Shown here piece after piece: positions 25,101 to 37,582 of a stretch of DNA of 52,703 nt. The stretch comes from Fonticula alba ATCC 38817 (lineage: Eukaryota > Protista > Nucleariida): assembly GCA_000388065.2 (NCBI GenBank), contig KB932201.1, one strand, 5' to 3'. The position numbers and the translations under genes were made by a program. How positions within the stretch are numbered: position 1 is the first letter of the stretch; each line of letters opens with the position of its first letter. The notes under the pieces are model-generated. The model made no database searches, was not told the DNA's origin, and worked only from the letters and a program-made list of their open reading frames with translations.

Positions 25101-28100
25101 GCCCGTGCCAGTCAGCGCGTTTTCATCGAGTACTTCGAGTTCCTCCACACGCTGACCGGGTCCACCACGGCGGTGGACTATTTGCCGGTTTTCTTCGATT
25201 CCTTCTTTTCCAGCCCAGGCGGCGACTCGGAGGATGATGCCGATTGGGGCAGCAATCCCAGTCGCCCGGGGTCCTCAGATGGTATCAGCAGTGTGCCTGG
25301 CGGCCCGACCGAAGCCGTTGCCTGGGAGCTGTCTTTCAAATCGATGGCGGCCTCCGAGGCCGGGACCACAGCCGCCGCCGGTCGGGCAAGCCCGGCTCGC
25401 TCTCCCCGGCCGAGTGTCCGGCTCCCTTCTTCCGATCCAGCCAGTCCCACCGGCAGTCTGCCCGATGATCCGGCCGGCTCGGTGGTCCCTGCAGCATACT
25501 CTCCCCAGTGGCAGGCCATCTACAACATGTTCCTGGTTCAGCCGCTGCCCGTGTCAACGGAGTTGCCGGTGTCAAAGCTGTCGGCATCGGCCGATTCCTG
25601 CACGGCTCCCTTCGAAGGCCTGACGCTGGGTGTGGGGCTGGTGCCTCCCTCGGCTCCTGGCCCCGGTCCCAGCCCCGGCCCCTCGGCGGGTCCCGTCCCG
25701 GGATCGGCCTCGGCCTCGGCCTCGGCCTCGATCTCCTCCGGCTTTGGGTCGGTCTCTCCGCCCGGGTCGTCGTCCTCCGGGTCCCCTTCGCCGCCGGGGT
25801 CGTCGTCCGGCTTCTGGGGCACCGGGTTGGACCACCTCGCCGGTAGCAACCCCAGCCTGACCAATACCATTGACGATTTGTCCAGGCAGGCTACCCTCCC
25901 CTCGGCCCTGCGCACCTCGGACTTGGTTATGACGCGGCTCTTCCTGTGTCTGGTGGCGGCGCTGCTGTTCGACGATTACCGCCACTGGCGCCGGCACATG
26001 GATTCCCTGCGGTCGGTGATCATCTTCCGGTCGATGACCCTGTCCGGGACGTGCGTCTGTGTCTTCGCGGCGCAGTACATGGTGGAGATCGTCGAGCGGG
26101 GCCTGGTCGCGGCCGGCTCGGAGGAGGCGCGCCTCTTCCAGGCCAACATCGCTTGGTATACGGAGGTCATCCGGACCCTCTCCCTGACTAATGGCTACTT
26201 TTTGTCCCTCTACCTCATGGTGGAGGCCGAGGGCTTGCGCCTTTCCGGGCAGTGTGCGTCCTTGCCTCGTGTGCATCCCCGCCTCATGTGCATCCCCTTT
26301 TTCTCCCTTCGCCCCCCCGACCCTCGCCCGTTGTTCGGTCTCTCTGACCTTTCGATGGGGGGAAAATGATGACGATGATGCCGGTACACACGCGTGCCTC
26401 TCTCCTTCTCCCTCTCCCTCTCCCTCTCCCTCTCCCTCTCCCTCTCCCCCTCTATCCCTTCCCTCCTGCCCCCCTACACAGGCCCTCTGGACACGTACAT
26501 CAAGGCTCTCGCCCACGCACGAGACATCAACCCCTTCTTCGCGGGCTTGGTGTGTCAACGCGTGTGCTCGCTGCTGGCCCGGCAGGAACAGATCAACACC
26601 CCGCTCCTATCGCAGGCCATCCTGAGCTGCATCCAGTGTGCGTACTTTGGGGGTGTTTGGCTTGCCTTCCTCTTCTGCATTCCCCCCTCCCCCTCCCCCC
26701 CAGCACATGGGCATCCTTGGAACTGACACGGTCTCCCATGCATTCTCCTCTCCTGCTCTGGCGGGTCGACATGCACTCAGACTACTCCAACTGGGGTGCC
26801 GTCGGGTGTGCCCGACATGTGCGGGCCCAGTACGAGTCCTTCATCCCGGAGTCCGACTCGGTTCTCTTTGGCGACTCTTCGCTGGGTGGCTCGGGGCTGG
26901 CCGGGCCGTCACCGCATCACCCCGCGGCTGCCACCAACAACCCCTTTGGCAGCTTTGGCCAGCTCTCCCCGCGGTCACCGCCGCCGGGTGGGAGCGTCGT
27001 GCCGCCGGGCAGCCCGCCGTCCGGCCTGCGGAGTGGCTCCTTCAGGCGCCGGTGCCGGCGCCTCCTCCCGCCGAATCATCCTCGGCGGCAGTTTTCCTTC
27101 TACTCGCCGCACCATTGGCCGCTCCTGGCGCCGGAGAACAGTGGCAGTCTCTTCGTCCGGCCGGTGCACTTGGCCCAGCCCGGCGATCAACTGGCCGACT
27201 CGCCGGACTTTGCTCTCAGTCGTCCATCGGTCAACTTCCCGGTGCCGGCCGCGGGCCTGGGAGATCACCAAGCCTGGCGGGTGGCCCGGCCGCGCAGCCG
27301 CCCGCAGGACTTCCCCCGGCAGCCATCGCCGCCTCTTCCCGCGGATGGGCGTCTGGGCATCCAAGACATGATGTCCACCTTCAGTGCACAAACGGCCGCC
27401 GCGGCCAGTGCCATGACCACGCACGAGGGGGTCCCCCCCTTGACGGCTGCCGTTGCTGCCATGGCCCTTGCTGGCACCCCTGGCAATGGGAGCCCCATGC
27501 TGTCGGGAATTTGCCCACCCGCCTCCGGGGGGGGGGCCTCCTCGCCGCTGGACTCGCCGCCTACTTACCCGGAGGATGACATGGCCCTTCGGTCCTTCCG
27601 CACGGTGCGCCCCTTGCTGCCAGAGGGGCTGGCATCGTTTGACCGGGTGCCGGGCTCGCCAGTGGCGCCGGCCGCCCCGGCCCCAACGGCCGCGTCCATT
27701 GTCCCGCCAATCTCGCCGATTCCCCCTCCCATGGGGCCGACGTCGGACGCCTCGCCCCCGCCCGAGGCCTTTTCGGCGGAGGACTTCTCCCTGGCGCACC
27801 TCCTGGAGGTGGACCCGGGGATCAGCCTGCTGTTGGATTCGGCGGTTTGCGGATTGGTGGGAAACCCCATTGCCGAGGTGGCCGAGTTGCTCTTCTATGA
27901 CCCGAATGTCCAGCGTTTTTCCTTCCCCTCACAGCGCCACGCCCAGGCCGGCCCCAGCAGTGGCCTGGGTTCCAAGCTCCTCCATCCGGACGCGGCCCCC
28001 ACCGCGGCCCTTTCTGCCGTGGCCGGGGATGCCTCCACCACACCGCCGGCTCCGGAGCACCGCAGCCGCCCGGCCATTCACCTGTCAGACACTTCGCCCT

Positions 28101-30961
28101 ACACCACGCCCTCCCCCTCGCCGCCTCGGCCGGAGTTGGTGTTCCCCCGGATGCCGGCCCCTCCGCGAGCGCAGGTGCCTCTTGCTTCGCCGCCTTCGCC
28201 GCTGAGGCCGCCTCCCCCGGCGCCACCCTTGCCACCTCCCTCGGGCGGCCGGGACATCCTCCAGGACCCTGGGATCAATCGCAGCGAGGCAGCCTCCAGC
28301 CCGGTCGGCGGGGGGGGCGCCTCATTGCTTGGTGCTCGGCGGGCATCTCTCTCGGATGGCATGGTGTCGTTGCTTCCGCTGCACCGGGTGGCGTCGGCCC
28401 CCTCCTCGCTAGCGGCGGCGGCTGCCGCCTCGGCGAAGATCGACCAGCCCACGCCCGCGGCCTTCGACACCGGGGTGCCCCTGTCGGCCACGGCCAGTCC
28501 ATCGCTCCCCGGGGGCATGTCCCGGGAGGCTGACTTCTCGACGGTGGCGGCCTGTGAGCCAGGTGCCCCGGTTGGTGGGATCTCGGCCCCGGCCATGCTC
28601 CAGCCGCTGGACATGTCCCTGCACTTTCAAACCGCCATGAGCTTCGCCGAGGAGCAGGACTCCGGCCGACTGCTGACCCTGCTGATGGATGCCCTCCTGG
28701 CCCAGACCCATGCGCAGAAGGGGGTTGTCCTGTTGGAGCGTGGTGCCCAGCTTCTGGTGGAGCTCCTGGTCACCCAGGGCCCCGGGGTGTCGCGGACGTA
28801 TGATCGCCCACGCTTGGCGGACTTTCGCCGGGTGGCCGCCAGCTCGGTGGTCAACTACGTGCGCTGCACCCAGGAGAGCATTTGGTTCTCGGACATCCTG
28901 GCCGAGAGTCCGCTGGCCATGGACCGGTATGTCCAGCGTCACCAGGTGTCCTCGGTCATTTGTGTGCCGCTGCTGGCTTCCCGGCGGCTGCTGGGGCTCG
29001 TGTATCTGGAGCTCAATCACCCGGGGATGGCCTTCCGGGCCGAGCACTTCCGCTTGGCGTCCTTCCTGTGTGGCCACGCGGCGGTGGCCATCCGCAATGC
29101 CCTCTCGCTGTCCGAGTTGCAGGAGCGTGTCCAGCGCCAGGCCCGGCAGCTGGAGGAGAAGGACCGCGAAATTGAGGCCCTTCGCTCGCGGCTGCAGGAC
29201 GGCGCGGTGGAACGCACCCGCCTGGAGGAGGAACTCCAATCGGCCAAGTCCCATGCGCTGCAGAATTCCCTCTTCAAGACCCGGTATTTGGCCAACATCA
29301 GCCACGACATCCGGACCCCCATGAATGCGGTGCTCGGTTTGGCGCAGCTTTTGGAGTCCCTGGACTTGAATCCCGTGCAAAAGAGCTACGTCGACATGAT
29401 CCAACTGCAGGCCTCCTCGCTGCTGGGCCTGATCAATGACATCCTGGATCACAGTCGCATCGAGGCGGGTCTGGTCCAGCTGAACCGGGTGCGCTTCCGG
29501 GTGAGCGACCTCCTGAACCATGTGGCCACATTGCTGCGGGTGCATGCCGACCAGGGTGGCAATACCATCCTGGTGTCCATCGGTGCGGATGTGCCGCCGG
29601 TCATCCTGGAAGATCTCCCCTGTCTGCGGCAGGTCCTGGTCAACCTCGGGAGCAATGCCAACAAATTCACCAAGGCCGGCACCATCACCCTCGGGGTGGC
29701 CGTGCACTCGGCCACGCCCAGCGGTCTGGAGCTGCTATTCAGTGTCCGGGATACCGGGTGCGGCATTCCGGAGTCCTGTTTGACCAGCATCTTTGCCCCC
29801 TTCACGCAGGTCCGCCAAAGTGACTACACCCCGGCCGAAGCGGCGGCCATGGAATCGGCCACCGGCGATGGCGGCGCCGGGGCCGATGTCGCCGGTGTCG
29901 CTGCCCATGACACCGGGGCGGGGGCTCCTGTGGATGCCGGCCCCGAGGGGGCGGGAGCCCCGGCCAGCCAGGCCTCGCTGATCCCGGCCCCGCTGGTCGA
30001 CCCGTCGGACATCACCTACAGCCACGCTGGCACGGGGCTTGGGCTGAGCATTTGCGAGAGCTCGGTCAAGCTGATGGGCGGCCGGATTTGGGTCGAGTCG
30101 ACCCTGCGCCACGGGTCGGTCTTCTACTTCATCATCCCGACACAGCGCCTGACGGCCGAGGAGTATGAGCTCTCGTCGCTGATTGATCCGGCGTCCCCGC
30201 TGCCGACACAGCACTTCGACCGGACGGAGTCCCTGTCGGACTTGATCTTCGATGGAGGGGTCCGGCCGTCTCTCGGCGGCGAGGGGCCCATCGGCCAGGC
30301 TGGCCCGGATGCGGTGGTCATTCCTGCCAGCAGCGAGTCGGTGTCAGCCAGTGAGTCCCCCCCGGCGGCGCTGGTGTCCGATGCCTGCCAAGGGTGCGAC
30401 GACTCGCCGGTGCCGGCCGTTGCCAGTGTCGTCGCCACCGCCATTGCGGGCTCCGGCACAGGGCCCGGTGTGGCCGCTGCGGCGACCGGCGCCAGCTCCT
30501 CGGTGCCCGCCTCGCCCGGGTCCCTGTCGATCTTGGTGGTGGAGGACAATCCGGTCAACTCGCTGGTCATTCGGAAGATGCTCGGCCTGCTGGGGTTCCA
30601 TGATGTGACCTCGGCCGCCAATGGCAAGGCAGCGCTGGATGTCCTGGCGCAGCGATCCTTCAGCCTGATCCTGATGGATGTCCAGATGCCGGTGATGAAT
30701 GGGCTGGACGCGACGCGCATGATCCGGGCGCCGGAATCCAAGCTCATGGCTCCGGAGCGCCGGCCGACCATCATTGCCCTGACCGCGTCGGCGATGCCCA
30801 GCGAAAAGGAGCAGTGCTTCGCCGCCGGCATGGACGACTTCCTCAGCAAGCCCATCCGCATCACTGACGTCCAGAATGTCATCCAACATTGGTTCCCAGA
30901 CCTGATTCCCCCCCCTCAGCCGGCTTCTTCCTTGTCTCAGGGCGACAAGCCGGCTGCCTGA
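19168..30961 (+). CDS. Hybrid sensor histidine kinase, S/T-kinase-like + AAA + helical region + GAF + HisKA + HATPase_c + REC (fungal group X / Chk1-Mak2/3-like architecture), about 3334 aa. Exons 19168-19933, 20192-20255, 20371-20530, 20615-22167, 22301-22547, 22760-23752, 23925-24206, 24344-24520, 24699-24972, 25102-26253, 26482-26637, 26781-30961
   Basis: The 12 exons sum to 10005 nt, a multiple of 3, with consistent phases. Motifs: ITHLSLCPDNILV / VRLIGFENA / LPYIAPEQ / DLFALG (kinase-like); LIHGPPGSGKS and VIAFDDFHLAD (P-loop ATPase); YSNWGA; GAF (SVVNYVRCTQES...SVICVPLL...GLVYLE); LANISHDIRTPMNAVLG (H-box); QVLVNLGSNANKFT, VRDTGCGI, GTGLGLSI (N, G1, G2 boxes); VVEDNPVN...LILMDVQMPVMNG...IIALTA...DFLSKP (receiver). 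The start codon is uncertain because of the upstream gap. Confidence 0.92.
20030..20120. repeat. About 21-nt tandem repeat (cttgtctcgcttcgtcccttt-like) in intron 1 of the histidine kinase gene
   Basis: ctcgcttcgtc core repeated 4 times at roughly 21-22 nt spacing. Confidence 0.8.
22977..23032 (+). repeat. (CCGGCC)n coding repeat giving a (Pro-Ala)n linker in the histidine kinase
   Basis: Translates in frame as TPAPAPAPAPAPAPAPAPG. Confidence 0.85.
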
Positions 30962-31001
30962 GTGGCGTCTTTTGCCCGCTCCTTCTCCTTAGAAAATGGG
31001 A

Positions 31002-31035
<34 letters not shown>

Positions 31036-31556
31036 CCTCCCCTTCCCTTGGGGTGTTCCCTTTGTCCTTGTGTATAGTATTTATCTTCCTCCCTCTCTCC
31101 CTCCGCTCAATTTTCACCAATATAGTTCCCTCTCCTTGACAGTGTGTCTGTGTGTCAACTTGACCGCCGTCCTTGTTTGTGGAGGCACATGAGCAGCGAC
31201 CGAAAGGATATGCAGGCGATTGTGACCCCACAAGGTTATGGTCAGAAGGAGAGAGAGAGAGAGAGAGAGAGTCGCGAGGACGTGTGTATGAGGGGATTCA
31301 TGTGCGCCTGGCCGGATGACAGGGTCTGCCTTTCAGGAGACAAAGGGGGAAAGAGAGCGAGGCAAATGCGATCCTCGCCCTATGGGAGGGGGGGGGGGGG
31401 AGTATCACCAGGTGCTGGAGCATGTCTGCAAACAGGAGGGGGAAGGGATGGCAAGGCGCGTGGGACAGGGGAGGGGCGAACAGGAGGAGAGGAACACGGC
31501 GCTTCAGCAAACATGGCAACACCACCAGGCCAGGCGAGACTCCACCCTGGGCGGAT

Positions 31557-32525
31557 TTAGAACTTCGAGGGCATCGGGTTGAGGATGTTCTCCATTGTAC
31601 GCATGGTGGGCAGGGCCGCGCGGTCGGTGAAGAGAATGCCATCCATATGGTCGATCTCGTGGCACACAACCGCCGCGGGGAGACCCGTCAGGGTGGCCGA
31701 CACCGGGACCAGGTCCAAGTTGACGGCGTCCAGACGCACGGCATCCGGCCGGGCCACCATGGCCGCCATGCCGGGAACCGAGAGGCAGCCCTCAATGTTG
31801 TAGGTGACATGCGTCAGGGAGGTCGGCGTGACGGTGGGGTTCAGCAGGAAGACCGGCTCGATGCGAGCCGGGGAATTGCGCGGAGTGATGGAGGTCCGCC
31901 GGGAGGAGGCAGAGGGGCCGCCGCCCAGGGGCCCGGTCTCCTTCAGGGACAGGGGCTTGATCAGGCGCTCGTGGAAGACCGGGAGCTCCAGGTTCTGGCG
32001 GCTGTTGTGATAGTTGATGTGGAAGCACCGAATCGGCATGCCCACCTGCACGGCCGAGATGGCGGTCAAGTGGAAGTCCTCCATGTCGTAGTCGAGCTTG
32101 AATTTCATGGCGTGCACCGCACGCACCATGTCCTCCGACTGGTAGAAGGTCGTATCCACCGGGAGGCTGCGCTGGCGGAGAAGCGGATGGCCGATGGTCA
32201 GGCTGCGCGGCTCCTTGAGCGTCAGGGTGTAGAAGCCCAGATCATCCGGCGTCAGCTCGGAGTACATGTCCTGCAGGCGCTTCATCTTCTGCTGGAAAGG
32301 CCCGGGGTACTTGTTTGGCGAGCGCTCGAACTCGAAGAGGGCCCGGTCAATGCGCAGAGACACCTCCTCCAGGCGCTCGATGATTTCGCGCCCCTCGGAA
32401 GAGGCGCCAAGCTTCAGCGCATCCTGGTAGGCCAGCGTGCGCACCGACCCCCGGAGGCCGATGTTGGCGTACAGGGCGAAGCGCAGGCGGCTGGCCACGG
32501 AGAGGGGCGTGCTGAGGGTGGACAT
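31557..32525 (-). CDS. PDF: Peptide deformylase (organellar type) with long N-terminal extension and atypical motif 1; intronless, 322 aa
   Basis: IGHPLLRQRSLPV (GDPxLR-like), FLLNP, EGCLSVPG (motif 2), CHEIDHMDGILFTDR (motif 3, HExxH). Motif 1 reads LTAISAVQVG. The Ser/Arg-rich, acid-free N-terminus is consistent with a mitochondrial transit peptide. Confidence 0.9.
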   Translation of the reverse strand: MSTLSTPLSVASRLRFALYANIGLRGSVRTLAYQDALKLGASSEGREIIERLEEVSLRIDRALFEFERSPNKYPGPFQQKMKRLQDMYSELTPDDLGFYTLTLKEPRSLTIGHPLLRQRSLPVDTTFYQSEDMVRAVHAMKFKLDYDMEDFHLTAISAVQVGMPIRCFHINYHNSRQNLELPVFHERLIKPLSLKETGPLGGGPSASSRRTSITPRNSPARIEPVFLLNPTVTPTSLTHVTYNIEGCLSVPGMAAMVARPDAVRLDAVNLDLVPVSATLTGLPAAVVCHEIDHMDGILFTDRAALPTMRTMENILNPMPSKF

Positions 32526-33745
32526 GGCTCAGACGAGGAGGGGGGAGGTCCCGAGAGAGAGAGAGAGGGAGGGAAATAAAAAGACGGGAAGGGGGTACTG
32601 AGCGCCGGACGGCAGTGGTGCGGATGGGCGACCCGGTGTGTGTGTGCGTGCGTGCGTGCGTGCGTGCGTGCGGGAGGAGAGGGGAGAGAGAAGCCTCGGG
32701 GAGGGAGGCGAATGGGAGGGAGAGGTGTGGGGGTGCCCGTGAGGAAACCCAACCGCCGGCATGCCCCGGTTTGAGATCTCCGCGTGCACATACTCCAGAA
32801 GCAAGGGCCCCCCATGCGCGCACACCCACACCCGGTGCACCAGGGCACACGCGTACCAATCCTCCTGCCGCGGCGCGTATGGGTGTTCTTCGACACTGGC
32901 GCCCGTCTGCGCGCTGGACCGGCCCCCCCCCCCCCCCCCCCCCTCCCGTGCTGACGCGGTCCACCTGGCCGGGCCCCGTCCGCGGAGCACGCCCGAGTGC
33001 CGGGTCTCCTTCTCTCGGATGTGCAGATTCACGGGCACACCCCGGGCGCCATGCTGGCGGGTCGCGGCCGGAGCGGCCAGGGGGGGGAGGGGGGGGAGAT
33101 GGCTGGCAGGCCGGATGGCGGGGTGCGCGGCACCATGCGATTGTGTCCCGTGATTCCGTCGTGTGATATACGCCACAGCTGAGAGGTTGTGGGTTCCGGA
33201 ATGTGACGTGGAGAGCAGTAACTTTACCCACAAGAGCCCCGGGTCTTGTCTGGGGCTGCCTGTTCCGTTCTTGCACGGCGGGGTGTGGCCTCCAAAAGCC
33301 GGCAGCTGCTCGCGAGGCACCATCAGCGCTCTTGGTCTTTCCGCCCCAATTTCAGGCTTTTACACATCCTACCCAGCTAATGTGCCTTCATGCTGCCCAT
33401 ACTTGGAATGTGTGTATGTGTATGTGTGTGTGTGTGGGGGGGGGGGGGCATTCATCCCGAAAGGGGTACTGGAACTTTGGGACCGGCCAGGCCTAAAACC
33501 GCGAGGAATCCATGCTTTCCCGAACTCTATCGTTGGAGGAATCCTTTCTCCCGGGTCCGGCGCCTGTCCTCGGGCCACAGCCATCCCCGGAGATATGTTG
33601 ACCCCGGCGTGTGGGCAGAGGGGCGCGGCCTGGCCTGACTCACCCAGCCACCCCCGGGCGGCTGGCGCATCCTGCCCTCACCCCCCCGCCGAGGGGCGCA
33701 CTTCTTAATCCATCACCAGGGACAGGATGACCGGAGGCGGCCGTC

Positions 33746-33746
<1 letters not shown>

Positions 33747-33807
<61 letters not shown>
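33747..33807. repeat. At least 61-nt poly-C homopolymer abutting a gap
   Basis: Read directly. Confidence 0.95.
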
Positions 33808-36076
33808 NNNNNNNNNNNNNNNCCACACGAGCGCAGGGGGGAGGGGCGGCATGGGGCTTGACTTGGTTCCCGGATCGGCGCCCTGAGGACGGATCGGGCG
33901 ACTGAGGGGTTGTCTGGAGGTGATGTGTCCCCGAAGCGTGGCCACCGTCCGCCGGCCCTCCCTGGCGCCCCCGGCGCCCCCGCGCCCCGGTCAGGTCGCT
34001 GGGCGCTTATCTACTGGCACCTGCCAAGACATGCGGCTCTCTGCCCTGCATCAAGCCGGTGCACGAAGTGAAGGGGAGCTGTGGAGGCGCACGGCCGTCC
34101 CCGGTGCAAGAGCAGAAATGGACCAAAATGGCGGAGCGTTCCTGGCAGGCATTCGGCCCCGAAGGCCGAGGGCACCCGGCGCATGGCGGGGCCCTCGGCG
34201 TCGGGTGGCTCTCATGCCGTCCTGGCTTTCTGAGTGCCTGAGCGGAACCGCGGGGGCAGGGGGACGGCGAGCGGGGGAAGGGGGGCAGCGGGGGCACATT
34301 AATTCCCGGTCCAAGTGGCACACATGTTCGAGACACGCCGATGCTCGCTAGGCGGGCTGCCTGCGGGCCCTCGCGCTATACCCCGCGCTCTTTGCGCGTA
34401 CCCCCCCATCCCCGGCTGTGGCTCCGCCTCCGCCGCCATGAGCCTCCATCTCGGCCCCCTTGCGCCACGATGGGTGTTTTTGTCAGACCGTAGTACGAAT
34501 GCCACCATGGGTGTTGGCCTTCCGCCAGACGGGTCACGCCTGGCCAGGGCCCAAGGCGCAACGCCCCGAAGACCCGGGTAAACCACGTAGCGAGGGAAGC
34601 ACACACTCATACACGCGCGCTTGACGCCAGATGGAGCCTCCGCCATGAAAGGACCCCGCTTGGGCTTTTGTTTGCCGCCACTCGGTCCATCTGGCGGGGG
34701 GGGGGGGCCTCTTTCGGCCCGGATGCCTGGCGCGGGCAAGCTGACGAGGGCAGGTGGCCGGGGGAAGCCGGGCAAATGAGGGGGAGAGGCGTCAGGCATC
34801 TGAGAAGCCACAGGGGGACGCATGTTCCCGGAGGCGCATTTAAAATGCCCCAGACCCGGCCTCGTGTCAGGCGATGGGGCTTTTCCGAGGCTCACGCATC
34901 GAAGGCCAGGCCGACCTCCCTGGTGGGAGGGGCAGAGGCCGGGTCTGGACGGGAGCCGCCAGGGTGGGAGACGAGAGGCGTGCGATTTTGGCCGTGTCTC
35001 GCACGCCAAGATCCCGCGGGAGTGCCACTTGGGGTCATCTTCGCTTGCGCACGCTGACCTTCCCACCAAGGGGTGGGGGAAAAAGTCAAGTGAGAGAGAG
35101 AGTGAGAGAGAGAGAGAGAGAGAGCCCGAATGTCCGGAATCGGCGAAGGGCTGGTAGATTGCCACCGCTTCTGCTGCTGCTCCTGCTGCTCCTGCTACAC
35201 TCATGGGGAGGGAGGGGATCGATGCGTCCACTTGGCCCCCCCCCCCCCCATTCAGGGTCTTCCCAAGAGTGGTCAGCCTCCGTGTGCTGTGTCTAGGCTC
35301 CGGGGCTGGCGCGACTGCCTGGAGCAGGGGGGCAGGCAGACAAGGGGCCTACCAGCCGGTGCGGCAACATGTGGCTTTCTCAGTGCGCCGGTCGTGCCGG
35401 GATCAGGCCGCTCGGCATGTTCATCCGCATGCGCGCGCACCTTGGCGGTCAGGCGTCGGTGTGTCGTGGTGCCAGTCGTTCACGCCACGGTGAGCAGCCC
35501 AGGTCATCCGGCCGACCGTCTGCAACCGCACAACTCTCGGCCGGCGCAATCACTAGCCTGCTGGCTGGATGACCCGACTCGAGAGGGGTTGACACGCAGG
35601 GGTCCCTGTGAGCACTCGTGCGCATGCTCACGCACATGCAGATGTGCGTGAACATACGTGCGTGCGTCCATGCTGACAGAAGTAGGTCGTTCACTTGCAT
35701 GCAGCATATGCCCCATGTTGCATCTGTCTGCTGTTGCACCCACCGCGGCACCTCTCGGCCACCATGTCCCGAGGTCCAAGGCAGCATGGACCAGCCAGAT
35801 GTGTGCCAAGATACCGGCAATGCAACCGCCACTGGCGCGGAAAGGCCTCGCCCTCGGCGAATGGCCGACCCCGAGGGGGAAGGCACAGGAAGGAGTGGAA
35901 ACTTCAAAGGGCAGGCTTCAGCTTGCCGTGCCCCTCGCGCCGGTGCATTTCCTCCTCCCAAGCTCCCCACCACGCCACTGATAATCCCACCCGCGCATCT
36001 GCCATCCCCCCTGTGCCCGTCCTGTGCCATCCTCTAGTCATCTAGTCTGGCCGTTTCTCCCTATCGCTGTACCCTC

Positions 36077-36121
<45 letters not shown>

Positions 36122-36362
36122 CACTCTCGCTCTCTCAGTTGGTCGCTCGGTCGGTGGCTCCCCCTGCCTCCCTTCCCCCTCTTCGCTCCCGTTTCCAGCG
36201 TCCTGGCTACAGCAGCCGCGCCCGGCATACGTGCTTGTGCGCGTGCGCGCGCGCGTTCGCCCCCGGCCCCGTCCTATACCACCCCTCCTTTCGCCNNNNN
36301 NNNNNNNNNNNNNNNNNNNNNNNNNNNNNNNNNNNNNNNNNNCCTAGCCATCCGCCTCCCCG

Positions 36363-37541
36363 ATGCCTACTCTGAATCCACGCCAGTGGCTGTCGCCCAA
36401 CAACATGCCGGAGCTACAGGCCAGCCCTCTGGCCAATGGCATGCTCAGGTCCGATGTGGCGCTCATTTTCTATCTCGCCGTGCCGGCGGTCTTCCTGGGC
36501 CTGTACATGAGCCGGCTGCGACATGAGCCGATCCGCACCCGAGGCGTCTTGTCGCACTTGATCTCCAACATCTCCGGCGGTCTGACCGTGGCCGCGGTCT
36601 TGGCCTCTCTTCACCCCATCAGCTGCCATTTTCCCTTCATCTTCATCAACTCCATGCCCACGCTGTGGGTGCTGGTGCGTGCCCATCGCCCGGAGGCCGG
36701 CCTGCCGCCCTGCCGACATCGCCGACGCATCTTGCCTTGCCTTGCCTTTGGAGCGCCACCCGCCGGCCACTCTTCGGCACCCGCTGCCAGGCGCTTTTCG
36801 CGCGCCACGGGCCCGGGAGATGCCCGCGACCTCCCGGTCGGTCGGTGCCCTGATAGCGGCAGTGAGTCGGGAGCAGCGGGGCCGGAGAGGGGGAGGCGGG
36901 GGAGGCCTGTTCAGACGGTTTGCGAATTTGGCCTTTTACTCGCCCCACAAGCCGCCAGTTAACCCGAGCCCGAGAATAGCCCCTCCTCCTGCGCGGGCTC
37001 TACCTCTACGCGGACCACGAGTTCCATGCGCTTACATTTAAGCTGCAGCATCTCCTGCCGCAGGACCGGATCTATTCCTCGGCCCGGCGGAAGAATGTCG
37101 ACCACTCGTCCGATACATTGGCCTTCACACGGCAATCCAGCGTACACGACATCAAGCTGCACCAGCTCCCGGGACCGGGGTATGGCATGGACGGCATGGC
37201 CACCTCGCAGGCCACCGAGGGAGCGGCCGGGGCCGGCGGCCCGCCCATCAACCCGGCCCCCTCCAGCGGGTCCATGGCGATCATCATGCGCGAGAAGGCC
37301 CTGCTGCACAAGGGGTCGGCCGGCGGGTCGGCCGCCGATGGGGGCTTCCACACGATGACCTCCTCCTCGTCCTCCTGCGGCAGCCAGCACTTCGAGGGGG
37401 ACTCCTCGGGCTTGACCTTCCTGGACTCGAGCAACATCTCGGAAACCGAGTGCACCCTGGCACCCCTGGATCGCCCTGGGCGCCGGGAGGGGGACCACTA
37501 CCGCCGCGGGTCCAGCCACACAACCAGCAGCATCGGCACCA

Positions 37542-37582
<41 letters not shown>

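Noticed and set aside
25067-25101. Apparent in-frame TAG (25078-25080) in the histidine kinase if the CAG at 25064-25066 is used as acceptor
   Set aside because: The downstream CAG ending at 25101 gives the correct phase and an open frame, so no recoding is needed.
28409-29707. 432-aa antisense ORF, and similar ones such as 4228-5364 and 31422-32579
   Set aside because: Shadow ORFs of real genes, caused by C/G-ending codon bias.
36930-36945. GCCTTTTAC resembling U5 snRNA loop I
   Set aside because: No closing stem or Sm site; it lies in an ordinary intron.
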